Shown in pieces: positions 12,940-26,000 of a stretch of DNA of 64,000 bases. The DNA is taken from assembly GCF_046119375.1 (NCBI RefSeq), contig NW_027362773.1:117304001-117368000 (forward strand). Reading direction: 5' to 3'. The notes below the pieces were generated by a model that ran no database searches, was not told the DNA's origin, and was given only the letters and a program-made list of their open reading frames with translations. The translations under genes were made by a program, and so were the position numbers. The stretch's first letter is position 1, and the number at the start of each line of letters is the position of its first letter. The stretch is from Phyllobates terribilis (Eukaryota).

Positions 12940-13840
12940 TATCCAGAGATTGTCCACTAACGCGTTTTGGGTGTGTGTAGCACCCTAGCACCCTTACTCA
13001 TAGCGTATATCTACAGATTGTCCATGAGCAACCAACAATGTGTTTAGGGTGTGTGTAATACCCTTACTCATAGCGTACATCTAGAGAGATTTCATGAAAA
13101 ACATCAACGCGTTTCTGGTGTGTGTAGCACCATTACTCATAAAAACATTTAAAGATTGTCCATGAGAAACCACCAATGTGTTTGGGGTCTGTGTAGCCCC
13201 CTTACATATAGTGTACATTCAGAGATTATCCATGAGAAACCATCAATGTGTTTTGGGTGTGTGAAACCATATACGTGATTCTGGTGTTTTTAGCCCTCTT
13301 ACTCATGGTGTACATCTACAGATTGTCCATGAGAAACCACCAACGCGTTTCTGGTGTGTGTAGCAACCTTACTCATGGTGTATATCCAGAGATTACCCAT
13401 GAAAAACCACCAACGCGTTTTGGGTGTGTGTAGCAACCATACTCAGGGGGTACATCTACAGATTGTTCATGAGAAACCACCAATGCATTTCTGGTGTGTT
13501 TAGCAACCTTACCCATGGTGTACACCTACAGATTGTTCATGAGAAACCTCCAACGCGTTTTGGGGGTGTGTGCAGAAACCATACTCATGGTGTACATCTA
13601 CAGATTGTCCATGAGAAACCACCAAGGCGTTTCTGGTGTGTGTAGCAACCTTACTCATGGTGGATATCCAGAGATTATCCATGAGAAACGACCAACGCGT
13701 TTTGGGTGTGTGTAGCAACCATACTCAGGGGGTACATCCAGAGATTGTCCATGAGAAGCCACCAACACTTTTTAGGTGTGTGTAGCAACCTTACTCATGG
13801 TGGATATCCAGAGATTGTCCATGAGCAGCCGCCATGCGTA
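12940..13840 (-). repeat. ~70-bp tandem array (about 12-13 units) whose minus strand is a minimal hammerhead-like motif; outlying ~1.5 units at 12470-12570
   Basis: The CAACGCGTTT motif and its variants recur at 13341, 13411, 13481, 13551 and onward; unit CCTTACTCATGGTGTACATCTACAGATTGTCCATGAGAAACCACCAACGCGTTTCTGGTGTGTGTAGCA. Confidence 0.9.
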
Positions 13841-15935
13841 AGAGTGCTACATGCACCAGAAATGCATTGCTTGTTTCCCATGGACAATCTGTGGAAGTAC
13901 AGAAACTACTGATTAAATGATTCTTAAATAATCATTGCAGATTTTACCAACGTCTGAGCTGGATACATTGTTATTAATATTTTATGCAGAAAGAATCAGC
14001 ATATCTGTCATACTCGCATGATCAAGAGGAGGAGTGGTAACGTGCAGAGTTTATCATTAGTGCGCGCCAGTTTTCTTTTGCAAATTAATGGTCTAAACCA
14101 GTAAGAGTTGGCATAAGTTTTCTTATTTAGCAATATGTGGCGTATCGGTCACACAGTCTGCACCACTGTGATAATTTTGCCGCATCTACAGACGACCTGG
14201 ACTACATTTCCACTGTCTTAGTAATGTCCTCTAGTGTTTTTTTTTCCCTTCCTTGTCTATTCCACGTACACAATGGGGTACACACAGATGGAGCAAAGCT
14301 GTCGTGTCGCTGTTTGTTTTGTGTATTTGTATAACTCCTAACCTTTAGTAGTTTGACCTATATTCCTATGCAAATCCACAAATAAGATATTGTGATATTT
14401 GTTGTACTATATGACAAGCTCAGCTCCGCTATATCTGGGGACAAATAAAACAGCAAATCTTCAGCAAATAATAAATGGCAGTAAAGTCGTCCGAAACGCG
14501 TTGAGATCTGCATGATTAGCATCTGGATGTACGGAGGGCTGATGAGCCTGGAGGGGGAGTGGAGGCGACAGAAAACGTCTGAAAATGATGAAATGGATTT
14601 GCTCAACATACAATTTCCTCAACACTTGCTGCACTAATGATACATAGAGATATGTGAAAAGTATGATATGCAATAATATACCACATTTCAGGGGGAATAT
14701 ATATGGACGCATTATTTCTAGAGAAAATAAAAAGTAGCAGTGGTGCCAACGCTAAAGATCTGGTGCTTGTGCCGGATTCCTCCGATCTCCAGGTGAGCGT
14801 CACTTTGAGCTGTATCGGCATCAACATTAAGGTAGAGAAAGGGGCCACAGTGCTGCCCGTCCTGTATGCCGCTGTAGGCCTACAAGATGTCAGCGCCCTG
14901 GCACAAGCGGCACAATGATGTCACCTGTGCCCGTCCTTGTTGTGCAGGGGCAGAAAAGAGGATTCGATTACTGGAGTATAAACTTTTTCGTGGCGGATGG
15001 CATTATTACTTTTCGAGTGGGCAAAAAATGGACATCATTACTTTTAAGGAGGAATTAATACTTTAAAAAAGGGGCATTATTTGCTCTACTTGGGCGCTGA
15101 TGGGACATTTTTATTGGGATAGTTTGCAGAGATTGCAACCCATGTTTCGCCGTTGCATTGTGCACCCCCAGGTGGCATTGTACTGACACCTCTGATGATG
15201 TGTGTTTCTATACATCACACTAAATTAATCCATCTATGATTTTTGCATAAAGACAAAAATGCAAGACAAGGCTTTCTTACCCATGTGACCAGAGCTCCAT
15301 CCATTAGGTGGTCAATGGTTGGACCCTGTTGGCCATCCATGTCTTCCAGTTGCTGTGTAAGTAATCAGGTCTCCTCTGCTATCTCCCTGGTACTTTATGA
15401 GACATTTTATCCTTGTCTTGTTGCTCAGTCGTCACCGTCTCCCCTATGTCCTCTGTACATTATACTTCTCAGCGTCACTGTGGTTTCTGCAGATAGATCA
15501 GTTCCTCTCTCTTAAGTCCTGTATCCTCCCTCTTCTTACCACAGTCACCGGAAGTTTTCCATTGCGCAGTCGCAGAGTTTGGCCCAAGATAGGACGACTT
15601 TAATGACAGTAGGTGTATACCCGTAACCACTCGTATAGTATATGGGACGCAGAGTATTTCAGAGATCACTGTTCCCTTTGTGCAGTTTCTACAGGACAAT
15701 GCCCATCAGGCCTCATTCAAGGCTCAGTTCACAGGTTACATATTTGATGTGGATTTTATGCATATATTTTTAGTAATTATTCAATCATTTATTTGCATTT
15801 TTTTTAGAAAATACACAGAAAAAAAAATGCAACAAAAAAATGCAGGTCAACAGTTAAACCTGAATAGATCCTATAGAAGAAGGAAATACCACAGGTTTCA
15901 ACAAGTATATAACAAAATACCTCAAACTATACAAA

Positions 15936-16914
15936 GTAGACCAACAAAGAGGTATAAAGAACTACAATTTAGACAATTATTAATACATAATTTTTATTGA
16001 ATACATGAAAAAAATAAAAACAGACAACAAGACCAAAATTAAAAATAAATGTAAAACATAATTAAAATAAGAGTCAAGAGGGGGAAGGGGGATGCTCACA
16101 AAAAATGTAGTCCGATGGGTCCATCACATAGATTTAATTGCTATGTAAATTATTCATAGTCACCATTTCAACAAACATACTCAGCTAGATATGGCGGTAT
16201 AGTGTCAATATATACCAAGAATGTAAAAAATATATAAAGTGCCAGTGCAAAGAATATATTGATTATCAATAGTTATTATCCAAACTTAGAAAGATTAAGT
16301 AAAAATAATATAATAATAACAGAACAATAAGTGTTGAATTATTGCTATAAATACCGCCATATATAGAGAAGCACATTAATTAGCCCAAAGGAATCCCACA
16401 CTATTATAAATTAGGCATATATAGTCACTTAAAAAGTAGAAATGTGATGGCAATAATATATATACTATACATATTTCATTAAACATAAAGTGCTTGTGCA
16501 ATAAATATAGGAAAAAACTAATTTAATTCACCACAGAATATCCATTCAGGAAAGATTAGCTGCCATACATTTTCTTAAATTCCTGCCATATGCAGGCTCT
16601 CACTAATGGGGAGGTCCTGAGCAATTCATGTAATGCATCCAAATATGGGAGACCACATCAATATAAAGGGAGTACTCAGTGAACATACCCTGGCCCCCTC
16701 ACACCACTAGTGAGAAATCTATGTGATGGACCCATCGGACTACATTTTTTGTGAGCATCCCCCTTCCCCCTCTTGACTCTTATTTTAATTATGTTTTACA
16801 TTTATTTTTAATTTTGGTCTTGTTGTCTGTTTTTATTTTTTTCATGTATTCAATAAAAATTATGTATTAATAATTGTCTAAATTGTAGTTCTTTATACCT
16901 CTTTGTTGGTCTAC
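15936..16914. repeat. 200-bp apparently perfect inverted repeat (15936-16135 / 16715-16914) with a ~580-bp AT-rich spacer
   Basis: Direct reverse-complement comparison of the arms; the right arm carries AATAAA. Confidence 0.9.
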
Positions 16915-17794
16915 AACGGTTAAACCTGCCCCAAATAAACAAGTGAAAACTGCACCTAAAAAGTGTTTCCAAAACGCACCAAAAAACTAAATTTTTGCAC
17001 AGAAGCTGCAAAAAAAAATAAATAGTGCAAATATGTGATTGAAATAAAGTGCACTTGACTGTTAATGTAAAAAAAAAGCTACGGATTTTATTTGCGGAAA
17101 ATCAGCACCATAAAAAAGTGTGAACCCAGCGGCAATCTGTAAAAGTCTACACTCGTATGTCTACTACTTGGATTTATGCGGGGCATTAAATTATTGCTGA
17201 TGGCAGCACATTTCCCAGGGCAAATAGGGAATATGCTGCCGACAAAATGCATACAGCCTAGGGACCGATCGGAGTAACAGGGCCACTAACGAGTGCTGAT
17301 CAATTTGTATATAGTCAATTAAAGCTCTTTTTTTTCTGATATATTAAACAAAAATTCAGAAACTTCTCTGGAGAAAGTGAAAATTTTTCAGCAACAAATC
17401 TGAGGTCGCCCTACCAGCAGCAGATATCAGGTGTATACACAGTGCTGCATCGGGCGCTATTGACCAGAGCATCTCGGCCGGGATTGATCTGGCACAGATC
17501 GTGGCATTCAACCCCCTGGATGCTATGGTCAATAGCAACCACAGCATCCAGGTGGTTGATAGAGGGAATGGAATCCATTTGTACCCAATTAGGCATTGCA
17601 GCCAGAGGCCAAGAAAAGGCCTCAGGGTCTGCCGGCTACGGAAGCCTATTAGGTCCTACTAGAAGCAGAGTCTAATAGGCTGTATATCAGTGGACAACTG
17701 ATCTTTATTGTAATGTATTATAAATAAGTAAAAGAAATATCAGATCAAATTATGTTCAAGTCCCATAGTGGGACTAGGTAAAAAAAAAAAAAAA

Positions 17795-17797
<3 letters not shown>

Positions 17798-17863
<66 letters not shown>
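17798..17863. repeat. (TA)n(CA)n microsatellite
   Basis: Visible run abutting the Tc1 TIR; (TA)n continues after 19176. Confidence 0.95.
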
Positions 17864-17866
<3 letters not shown>

Positions 17867-19176
17867 TGCTCAAAAAAATAAAGGGAACGCTCAAATAACC
17901 CATCCTAGATCTGAATGAATGAAATATTCTCATTGAATACTTTGTTCTGTACAAAGTTGAATGTGCTGACAACAAAATCACACAAAAATCATCAATGGAA
18001 ATCAAATTTATTAACCAATGGAGGCCTGGATTTGGAGTCACCCCCAAAATTAAAGTGGAAAAACACACTACAGGCTGATCCAACTGTGATGTAATGTCCT
18101 TAAAACAAGTCAAAATGAGGCTCAGTATTGTGTGTGGCCTCCACGTGCCTGTATGACCTCCCTACAATGCCTGGGCATGCTCCTGATGAGGTTGCGGATG
18201 GTCTCCTGTGGGATCTCCTCCCAGACCTGGACTAAAGCATCCGCCAACTCCTGGACAGTCTGTGGTGCAACGTGACGTTGGTGGATGGAGCGAGACATGA
18301 TGTCCCAGATGTGCTCAATCGGATTCAGGTCTGGGGAACGGGCGGGCCAGTCCATAGCTTCAATCCCTTCATCTTGCAGGAACTGCTGACACTCCAGCCA
18401 CATGAGGTCTGGCATTGTCCTGCATTAGGAGGAACCCAGGGCCAACCGCACCAGCATATGGTCTCACAAGGGGTCTGAGGATCTCATCTCGGTACCTAAT
18501 GGCAGTCAGGCTACCTCTGGCGAGCACATGGAGGGCTGTGCGGCCCTGCAAAGAAATGCCACCCCACATCATTACTGACCCACTGCCAAACCGGTCATGC
18601 TGAAGGATGTTGCAGGAGCAGATCGCTCTCCTGGAGGTCATTTTCCAGGGCTCTGGCAGTGCTCCTTCTGTTCCTCCTTGCACAAAGGCAGAGGTATGGG
18701 TCCTGCTGCTGGGTTGTTGCCCTCCTATGGCCCCCTCCATGTCTTCTGGTAGCGCCTCCGGCCTATGGACACTACGCTGACAGACACAGCAAACCTTCTT
18801 GCCACAGCTCGCATTGATGTGCCATCCTGGATGAGCTGAACTACCTGAGCAACTTCTGTGGGTTGTAGAGTCGGTCTCATGCTACCACGAGTGTGAAAGC
18901 ACAACCAACATTCAAAAGCGACTAAAACATCAGCCAGAAAGCTTTGGTACTGAGATGTGGTCTGTGGTCCCCACCTGCAGAACCACTCCTTTATTGAGTG
19001 TGTCTTGATAATTGCCAATAATTTCCATCTATTGTCTATTCCATTTGCACAACAGCATGTGAAATTGATTGGCAATCAGTGTTGCTTCCTAAGTGGACAG
19101 TTTGATTTCACAGAAGTTTGATTTACTTGGAGTTATATTCTGTTGTTTAAGTGTTCCCTTTATTTTTTGAGCAGTG
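17864..19176 (-). mobile_element. Tc1 transposon, internally deleted and frameshifted
   Basis: TIRs CACTGCTCAAAAAAATAAAGGGAAC at both ends; ORFs with WPARSPDLNPIEHIW and LMQDNARPH. Confidence 0.95.
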
Positions 19177-19816
19177 TATATATATATATTATATATAAAA
19201 CATTTTCTCCATCTGCAATGACAGTTTTTCAATTAAAAATAACTGTAGTGTAGTGTACTGCAATGCCAAATAAATCACAAGCCCATACCTTCATTTTAGT
19301 ATTCTAAAGTTATTCCCATATAAAATGATATGTCAGATTTGAAATAAGGGGCTGTGCCTACAAGGCAAAAACTGTCTGCATTATTAAAGAGAATGGGTCA
19401 TCAGAAAATGCCCGATAGTTTAAATCAGGTTTTTGTGTTAAATAAAAAAAAAATGTTGGAAATGGTTTTTTTTTTGTACATCACAATCTTTATTAAAAAT
19501 AAAAAGTAGAAATCTTGCAATTCTCACACTGGTCACTGGGGTAATTTTAGATTCTAATTTTCTGTTTCGGGAAAACGTGCGCATTAGCCACAATGACCCT
19601 ATCTTTTGTATAGAAACATCTAATGAGCATGTGCAAATGTCATTGTGAAGAGAGGAGGAGGAGGGTCAGATGTGACATCGCCTATTGTCATCAGCTGTTT
19701 ATAGAGGTGTTACCTGTCATTGTAATCTGCCTTTGACGATAAGGAAACTATAAACAGGAAGATCTGTCCTGACGTGATGTTAATAATGACAGCACATTTC
19801 AGGTAGAAGTATTGTG

Positions 19817-19822
19817 TTTATT
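19817..19822 (-). promoter_or_regulatory. PRDX5: Probable PRDX5 polyadenylation signal
   Basis: AATAAA on the minus strand ~110 nt after the stop codon. Confidence 0.6.
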
Positions 19823-19930
19823 AAGGATTATGTTCTATTACACCATTGATGAAGATACTGGTAATTCTGTAGTGCTACGCAGTATTACTCCAAGCAGCTA
19901 AACACATGAAAGCTCGTGTAGGATTCCACC

Positions 19931-20036
19931 TTACAGCTGAGACATTATATTTCCAGCCAGACTGCAAGTCAGCCCCGTCCCGTCTTCTTCTACGTTAATA
20001 GCTTTCACCTTCCCACCTTCAACGATCAGAGAAAAC
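19931..20036 (-). CDS. PRDX5: PRDX5 exon 6 (R/FSLIVEGGKVKAINVEEDGTGLTCSLAGNIMSQL*)
   Basis: TTAG acceptor, phase 2, TAA stop. Confidence 0.95.
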
Positions 20037-23000
20037 CTAAAGAAGAAGGATAAGGAACATCAGTGGTTCTTGAAGAACAACTCAGTTAAAGGGTGCAGTT
20101 AGACGGCCATACAGATCAGACAGAGATTGGAGCGCAGTGCACAGACTGGCCGGCGGCTCTCCCGACCAGAGTATGACAGCTGCATATAAATATATGAAGC
20201 GGTCACCCTCAGGTCAGAATAGCCAAAGGCCAGTCATTGCTGTCACGCAAGGTGTGGGAAAGACTAAGAGCAACACAAAGGGAAGATGGAAAGGGAGCCC
20301 AGACTCTAGGGAAAGGGGGAGTGGAGACCTCGTAGGTTGATCTAACGTCACCCTGTCTCCACTAACGTCCATATATTGGTTCTTCACCAATCGCAGCAAG
20401 TGTACCTCGCCCTGTCTTTCCCTGGCATTAAGCTCAGGCTAGGGAAGGGAGGGGTTAAGCACTAGTCGATCCCCACTGAACACTAAAGACAACAAGGGGG
20501 AACAAACAAGGAAAAATCGCTTAGCTTTAGTCGACTCCAGACAAATGCGCACACGTCCTCTAGCACAAGAGAGGATCAAGTACTGCTCTTGCTCAAGCCT
20601 TCACAAGGAGTAATGAATATCGCTGGCACCTCCCTCTGGCACACAGCAAGTATTTATAGACCCAGGTCAGGGTGTTTATTAGCCACAGGAAGGTAGCTGC
20701 TGGGTCCTAGAGATACGGCTTCTAAGAAGATGTTTGTAATGCCAAACAAAGATCTCCTGCAACCAACTCCAGGGTGACTGTCACTTCTGACATACCCGTG
20801 ACACTTGCACTGCGTTCCCGATCTCAATCCGACTTACACGGCCGTCTGACTGCACTCAAAGAAGCATTCCTATCCAACATTACTAGCAAGCTCACAGGAT
20901 ATGCCATAGAAATTAGACATCTCTCCATTCATTCTGTGCCTGGTTGCATAAATTGGTCAATGAACACTCAAGTCTGCAGATCGTTGTGGAACCTGCACCA
21001 ATCAGATCTCCATGGTGTATATTACACGATGCAGATTTGGTGAGTATTTTCAGTACAGACATGCAAGCAGGTAATCAGCAGCATAATACAATAATGGTTA
21101 AGTTAATTAATCTACAAATTACAAAAATTGAGATTTTAAAATCCGCAGTATGTCCTTTCTACGTGCAGAATACAGGCTATGATTGCTTCAACCAACTAAT
21201 GGTACGGTGCACAGTAAGCAGCGCCCTCAGGAACACCAAAGTAGTAATGACTGCTCCATAAGTGCAATATTTGAAGTGAGGAAGGCAAGAGGTTAAAATC
21301 TAATTAAAGGGGTTGTCCGATGAAAACAGGTTATGACCTATCTATAGGATAAATGATAACTGATACCATTTGAGGGGTCAATAAGTTAAAATGTCAGCTC
21401 TGGGCGCAAAAAAACCCCACACTGAACAATATCCTGAAAATTTAAAACGACAAGCAAAAATAATTTATCTTTTTTAAACAAATTTCCGATTTTGTTTTTT
21501 TACCACTTAAAAAAAAAAACCTGGACATGTTTGATATCTGCATACTCGTACTGACCTGGAGAATCACGATGCCAGGTTACTTTACCATATAGTAAAACAT
21601 TGTAGCTAGAAAAAAACCCAAAACAATTGTGGAATCGCACTTTTTTTTTGCAATTTCAACACACTTGGAATCTACCCCCCACTTTCCAGTGAATGAAGTG
21701 ATGAAATGAATGATGTTAATAAAAAGTATAACTCGTCCTGCAAAAGAAAAAAAAACAAAAAAAAAAATGTGGTTATGTGGACGGGAAAAAAAATATTATG
21801 GCTTTTGGAAAAAGGCAAGGAAAAAATGGATACGATAAAAAAAATGGAAAATAGCCCAGACATGAGGAGGTTAGTATTCATAGATGGAATTAATGAATGG
21901 TGCATTGCTGGATAGTAATGTAGCAATACCATTGACTATAACGGGGGGGGGGGGGTCAGTCTGCTTTCCGGCATTTAACCGGACACAATAGCTCTGCATG
22001 CTGCACTCTTTTGCCCGGTATTTTTGGTTAACCGGAGCCTCTAACAATGCTCATGTAGTTCCCCGGCTCCAGGAAGTTTCACCTTTTGCAACGTTTATTT
22101 CCAAAAAGATCTTCCAGCTCCTTTTTCTCCAGCAGTAATCCAGCAGCCTGCGAGCAAAATGTGAGAAGTCAGCGAGCGCACATAACATAACCCTGTGTGC
22201 ACTGGTTTGCAATGTAAAACTATCGCACAAAAGATGTATACCTCTACTTAAAGGGGTATTCAAAAGATTTATATTTTAAAGGGGGTGTCCTGGGACATTA
22301 ATAATTCTGACCTATCCTTACAATAGGTAATTAATATCAGATTCCACTGCCCTTGACTGACTACTGAAGCAAGCAATTAGCTGCAGCAGGCATGTGAATC
22401 AACGATGGACCATTATCACTGTAGGAATGGCTGGGACTGCCGAGCCACGGCATTTTTTTATTTATTTATTTTTTTTTATAACAAACCCCACTCAAATCCA
22501 ACTTTCAGAAACTGATGAAAAATACATTTGAATATCTCCTTAAAAGGGTTATTTTCATCTTCATAGATGGATACTGTTGGATAGTGCTGGTAAATACAAG
22601 CAATTTTGCAGTTTACTGCTTATTAAAATTTGCAGCCGTTTTTGAGATATTAACATTTTTCTCTTGTTTATAGCTAGCTGCCTAGGAGACCGACCACTGC
22701 TGCTGTCTAGATTGTAAGCCTTGCACTGAAGCTGTCCCGGATTAGGAGGTAACAATGCGTTCCAGCAATCCTGGCCAGATTCATAACAATGCTTACAAGC
22801 TCAACAGAAAACAGCTTGTAAGTACTGCGCATCTTCTGCTCTCTAGCAGCGGTGGTCGGTCTCCAAGACAATAATTTTTAATATCTCAGGAACACATTAA
22901 TATTTTAATAAGCAGTAAATTGCAAAAATTGGTTTTATTTCCAAGCACTATCCGACAAGATCCATTTACAGTGCCTTGAAAAAGTATTCATACCACGTGA

Positions 23001-26000
23001 ACTTTTACACATTTTTTTCACATTGCACCCACAAACTTAAAGGTGTATTCCCATCTCCAAGATCCTATCCCAATATGTAGTAGGTGTAATAATAATAATA
23101 ATAATAATATTAGCAAATATCTCCAATTAGAAATGTAGTATAGTATTTTTGATTCGCCATCTCTCTTACCTCATGTGCAGGCATTACAGGACCTTAGGTA
23201 TCGATGGTTACGACAACTAGCAACTAGCTAACTGACTTTATCAGTGGACGTAACCATGGATACCTAAGGTCCTGCGATGCCTGCACATGAGGAAAGAGAT
23301 AGCGAATCAGAAAAACTATACAACATTTCTAATTGGAGGTATTAGCTAATATTATTATTATTACACCTACTACATATTGGGATAGGATCTTGGAGATGGG
23401 AATACCCCTTTAAATGCATATTATTGGGATTTTATGTGATATACCAACACAAAGTAGCAAGTATTTGTGAAGTGTTAAGGAAATTATTTTTTCTAATTAT
23501 TTTAAAAATATAAATCTGAAAATTGTCACGTGCATTTGTATTCAGCCCCCTGTAGTCTGATACCCCTAAATAAAATCCTCAGTGACCAATTGCCTCCAGA
23601 AGTCACATAATTAGTAAATTGAGTCCACCTGTGTGTAATTTATTCTCAGTATAACTACAGCTGTTCTGTGAAGGCCTCAGAGGTTTGTTAGAGAACATTA
23701 GGTATCAAACAGCATCAGGAAAACCAAGGAACACACCAGACAGGTCAGGGATAAAGTTGTAGAGAAGAATAAAACAGGGTTAGGTTATAAAAAAATAGCC
23801 CAAGTTCTGAACATCTCACAGATCACTATTCAATTCATCATCCAAAAATGGAAGGAGTATGGTACAACTGCAAACCTATCAAGACATGGCCGTCCACCTA
23901 ACCGGACATCCCAAGCAAGGGGAGCTCTAATTAGAGAAGTAACCAAGAGATCCATGGTCACTCTGGAGAAGCTGCAGAGATCCACAGCTCAGGTGGAAGA
24001 ATCTGTCCACAGGACAACTATTAGTTGTATACTCCACAAATCTGGCCTTTGTGGAAGAATGGCAAGAAGCAAGCCATAAGAAGTCCCGCTGGAAGTTTGG
24101 GCTAAATGCAAAATGCTGTGAGTGGCGGAAAACTTACACTGTACATCACTTAAAAACACCATCCTCACCATTAAACATGATGGTATCAGCATCATGCTGT
24201 GGGGAACATTTTCTTCAGCAGGTATAGGGAAGCTGATCAGAGTTCATAGGAAGATGGATGGATCTACGTAAAGGGCAATCCTGGAGGAAAACCTGTTGGA
24301 GGCTGCAAAAGACTTGAGACTGAGGTGTAGGTTCACCTTCCAGCATCACAGCGACCCTAAACATCCAAGCAGAGCAAAAAAAATCGATGGTTTAGATCAA
24401 AGCATATTCATGTGTGTGAACGACCCAGTCACAGTCCGGACCTAAATCCCATTGAGAATCTGTGGCAAGACTGGAAAATTACTGTTCACAGAATCCTCCA
24501 TCCAGTCTCACTGAGCGACAGCGAGTGTGCAAAGAAGAATGGGCAACAATTTCAGCCTTTAGCTGTGCAAAGCTGGTAGAGACTGACCTCCAAAAAAGTT
24601 TCAGCAGTAATTGCAGCAAAAAGTTGGTCCTACAAAGTACTGACTCAGGGGGGCTGAATACAAATGCACATCATAATTTTCAGATTTATATTTTTAAAAT
24701 ATTTAGAAAACCATGTATCATTTCCTTTACACTTCACAAGTACTTGCTATATCACAATCCCAATAAAATACATCTCAGTTTGTGGGTGTAATGTGAAAAA
24801 ATGTGGATAAGTTCATGGGTATGAACACTTTTTTAAGGCACAGTATAACCTGTACAGTCAGATATAGTTAGATAGCAGTCACGGTGCTAGTTATTTATAG
24901 GTCGTAATTCAGGAGTCATCGTAATTACCTTGGCAAAGTCTCCGCATGGATCAGCCAACATGTGGACCTACAAGAGAAATACAGGATTGATTAGCGGATC
25001 AAGCATTCGATACAAATATGTACAAATCGCTTCTTTCTGATCTTTTGTGATCTAGTTGCAAAGGATCGGAGAAAAGATTGCAGTAACGAAACATGGCATC
25101 ATTTTCTTGAAGTTCACTTTTTTTTTTTTTTTGCAGTATATGTGCTTTAAAAGGAAACAGTCATCAGGTTTTTAGACCCCAAAATAATGTCATCACAGTG
25201 CAGTGCCCATGATGATGATTACTTCCATAACTTTACATTATCAGTCTGTGTCTTCGTCGTCTCATAATCCAGCACTTACAGTTCTCCGGCCTCTCTACCT
25301 CTTTTTCTCCTGCCAGTGATTGACAGGTGGTCACTCTTCTCAATGAAGTGCTCTCCCTGCCGACATCTCCCCCTGGGGTTGGCGCATGTGCAGTAAGTTT
25401 CTGATGACATAGTGAGAGCCGGACTATCCATCTGTGCATGTGTCACCCATAGGAATAACAGTGCCTGCGCGATATGTCAGTGTCTGTGACCTGCTCCACC
25501 ACCTGAGATCTTGCGCATGTGCCATCTTTCCTGACGTGGGCCCATGTGCCGATGGATAGTCCGGCTCTCAGTTCGTCATCAGAACCTTACTGTACACGTG
25601 TCACCCCCGAGAATGACGGCACCTGCACAAGATGTTGGTGTCTGTGACCTGCTCACCCACCTAAGATCTTGCACATGTTCCATCATTAATGATGGGGGCC
25701 CATGCACCAATTGATAGTCCGGCTCTCAGTACGTCATCAGAACCTTACTGCGCATGGGTCTCCCCCCCCGCGAATGACGGCACCTGCGCAAGATGTTAGT
25801 GTCTGTGACCTGCTTCCTCACCTGAGATCTTGTGCATGTGCCATCAAAAGAGATTTTTTTTTTTGAGATGATCAAAAATGATGCGTTTTCTAATTAGAAC
25901 GGCTCCTTCTTTGCTGAGTTTTTGGAGAAGTTCCCCCCCCCCCCTTTATATTTCAGAATTTTTGTGTATGTTTGGTTGGGACCCAGACGGCACGGATCTG

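Noticed and set aside
12940-13840. CRISPR-like reading of the 70-bp array, and the short ORFs across it
   Set aside because: Units are homologous along their whole length with no unique spacers, the context is eukaryotic with no cas genes, and the ORFs are just translations of the repeat
14455-14585. GAAACGCGTT at ~14493 and CTGATGA at ~14540 as possible hammerheads
   Set aside because: The two core halves are in the wrong order and neither has a properly placed partner core
14703-14918. 71-aa ATG ORF (MDALFLEK...) with plausible splice sites, resembling an unknown gene
   Set aside because: A diverged copy of the same DNA lies at ~8060-8220 (ATTTCTA.AGAAAA..., GGTGAG.G.CACTTTGA.CTGTATCGG), so it is an interspersed repeat; no protein family recognised
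17356-17675. Short ORFs downstream of PRDX5 as a possible extra exon or gene
   Set aside because: PRDX5 is complete at 19931; the sequence has hairpins typical of a MITE interior and no recognisable protein
1-19800. Expected next syntenic gene (CCDC88B in mammals) downstream of PRDX5
   Set aside because: No exon with recognisable similarity found; the region is dominated by repeats
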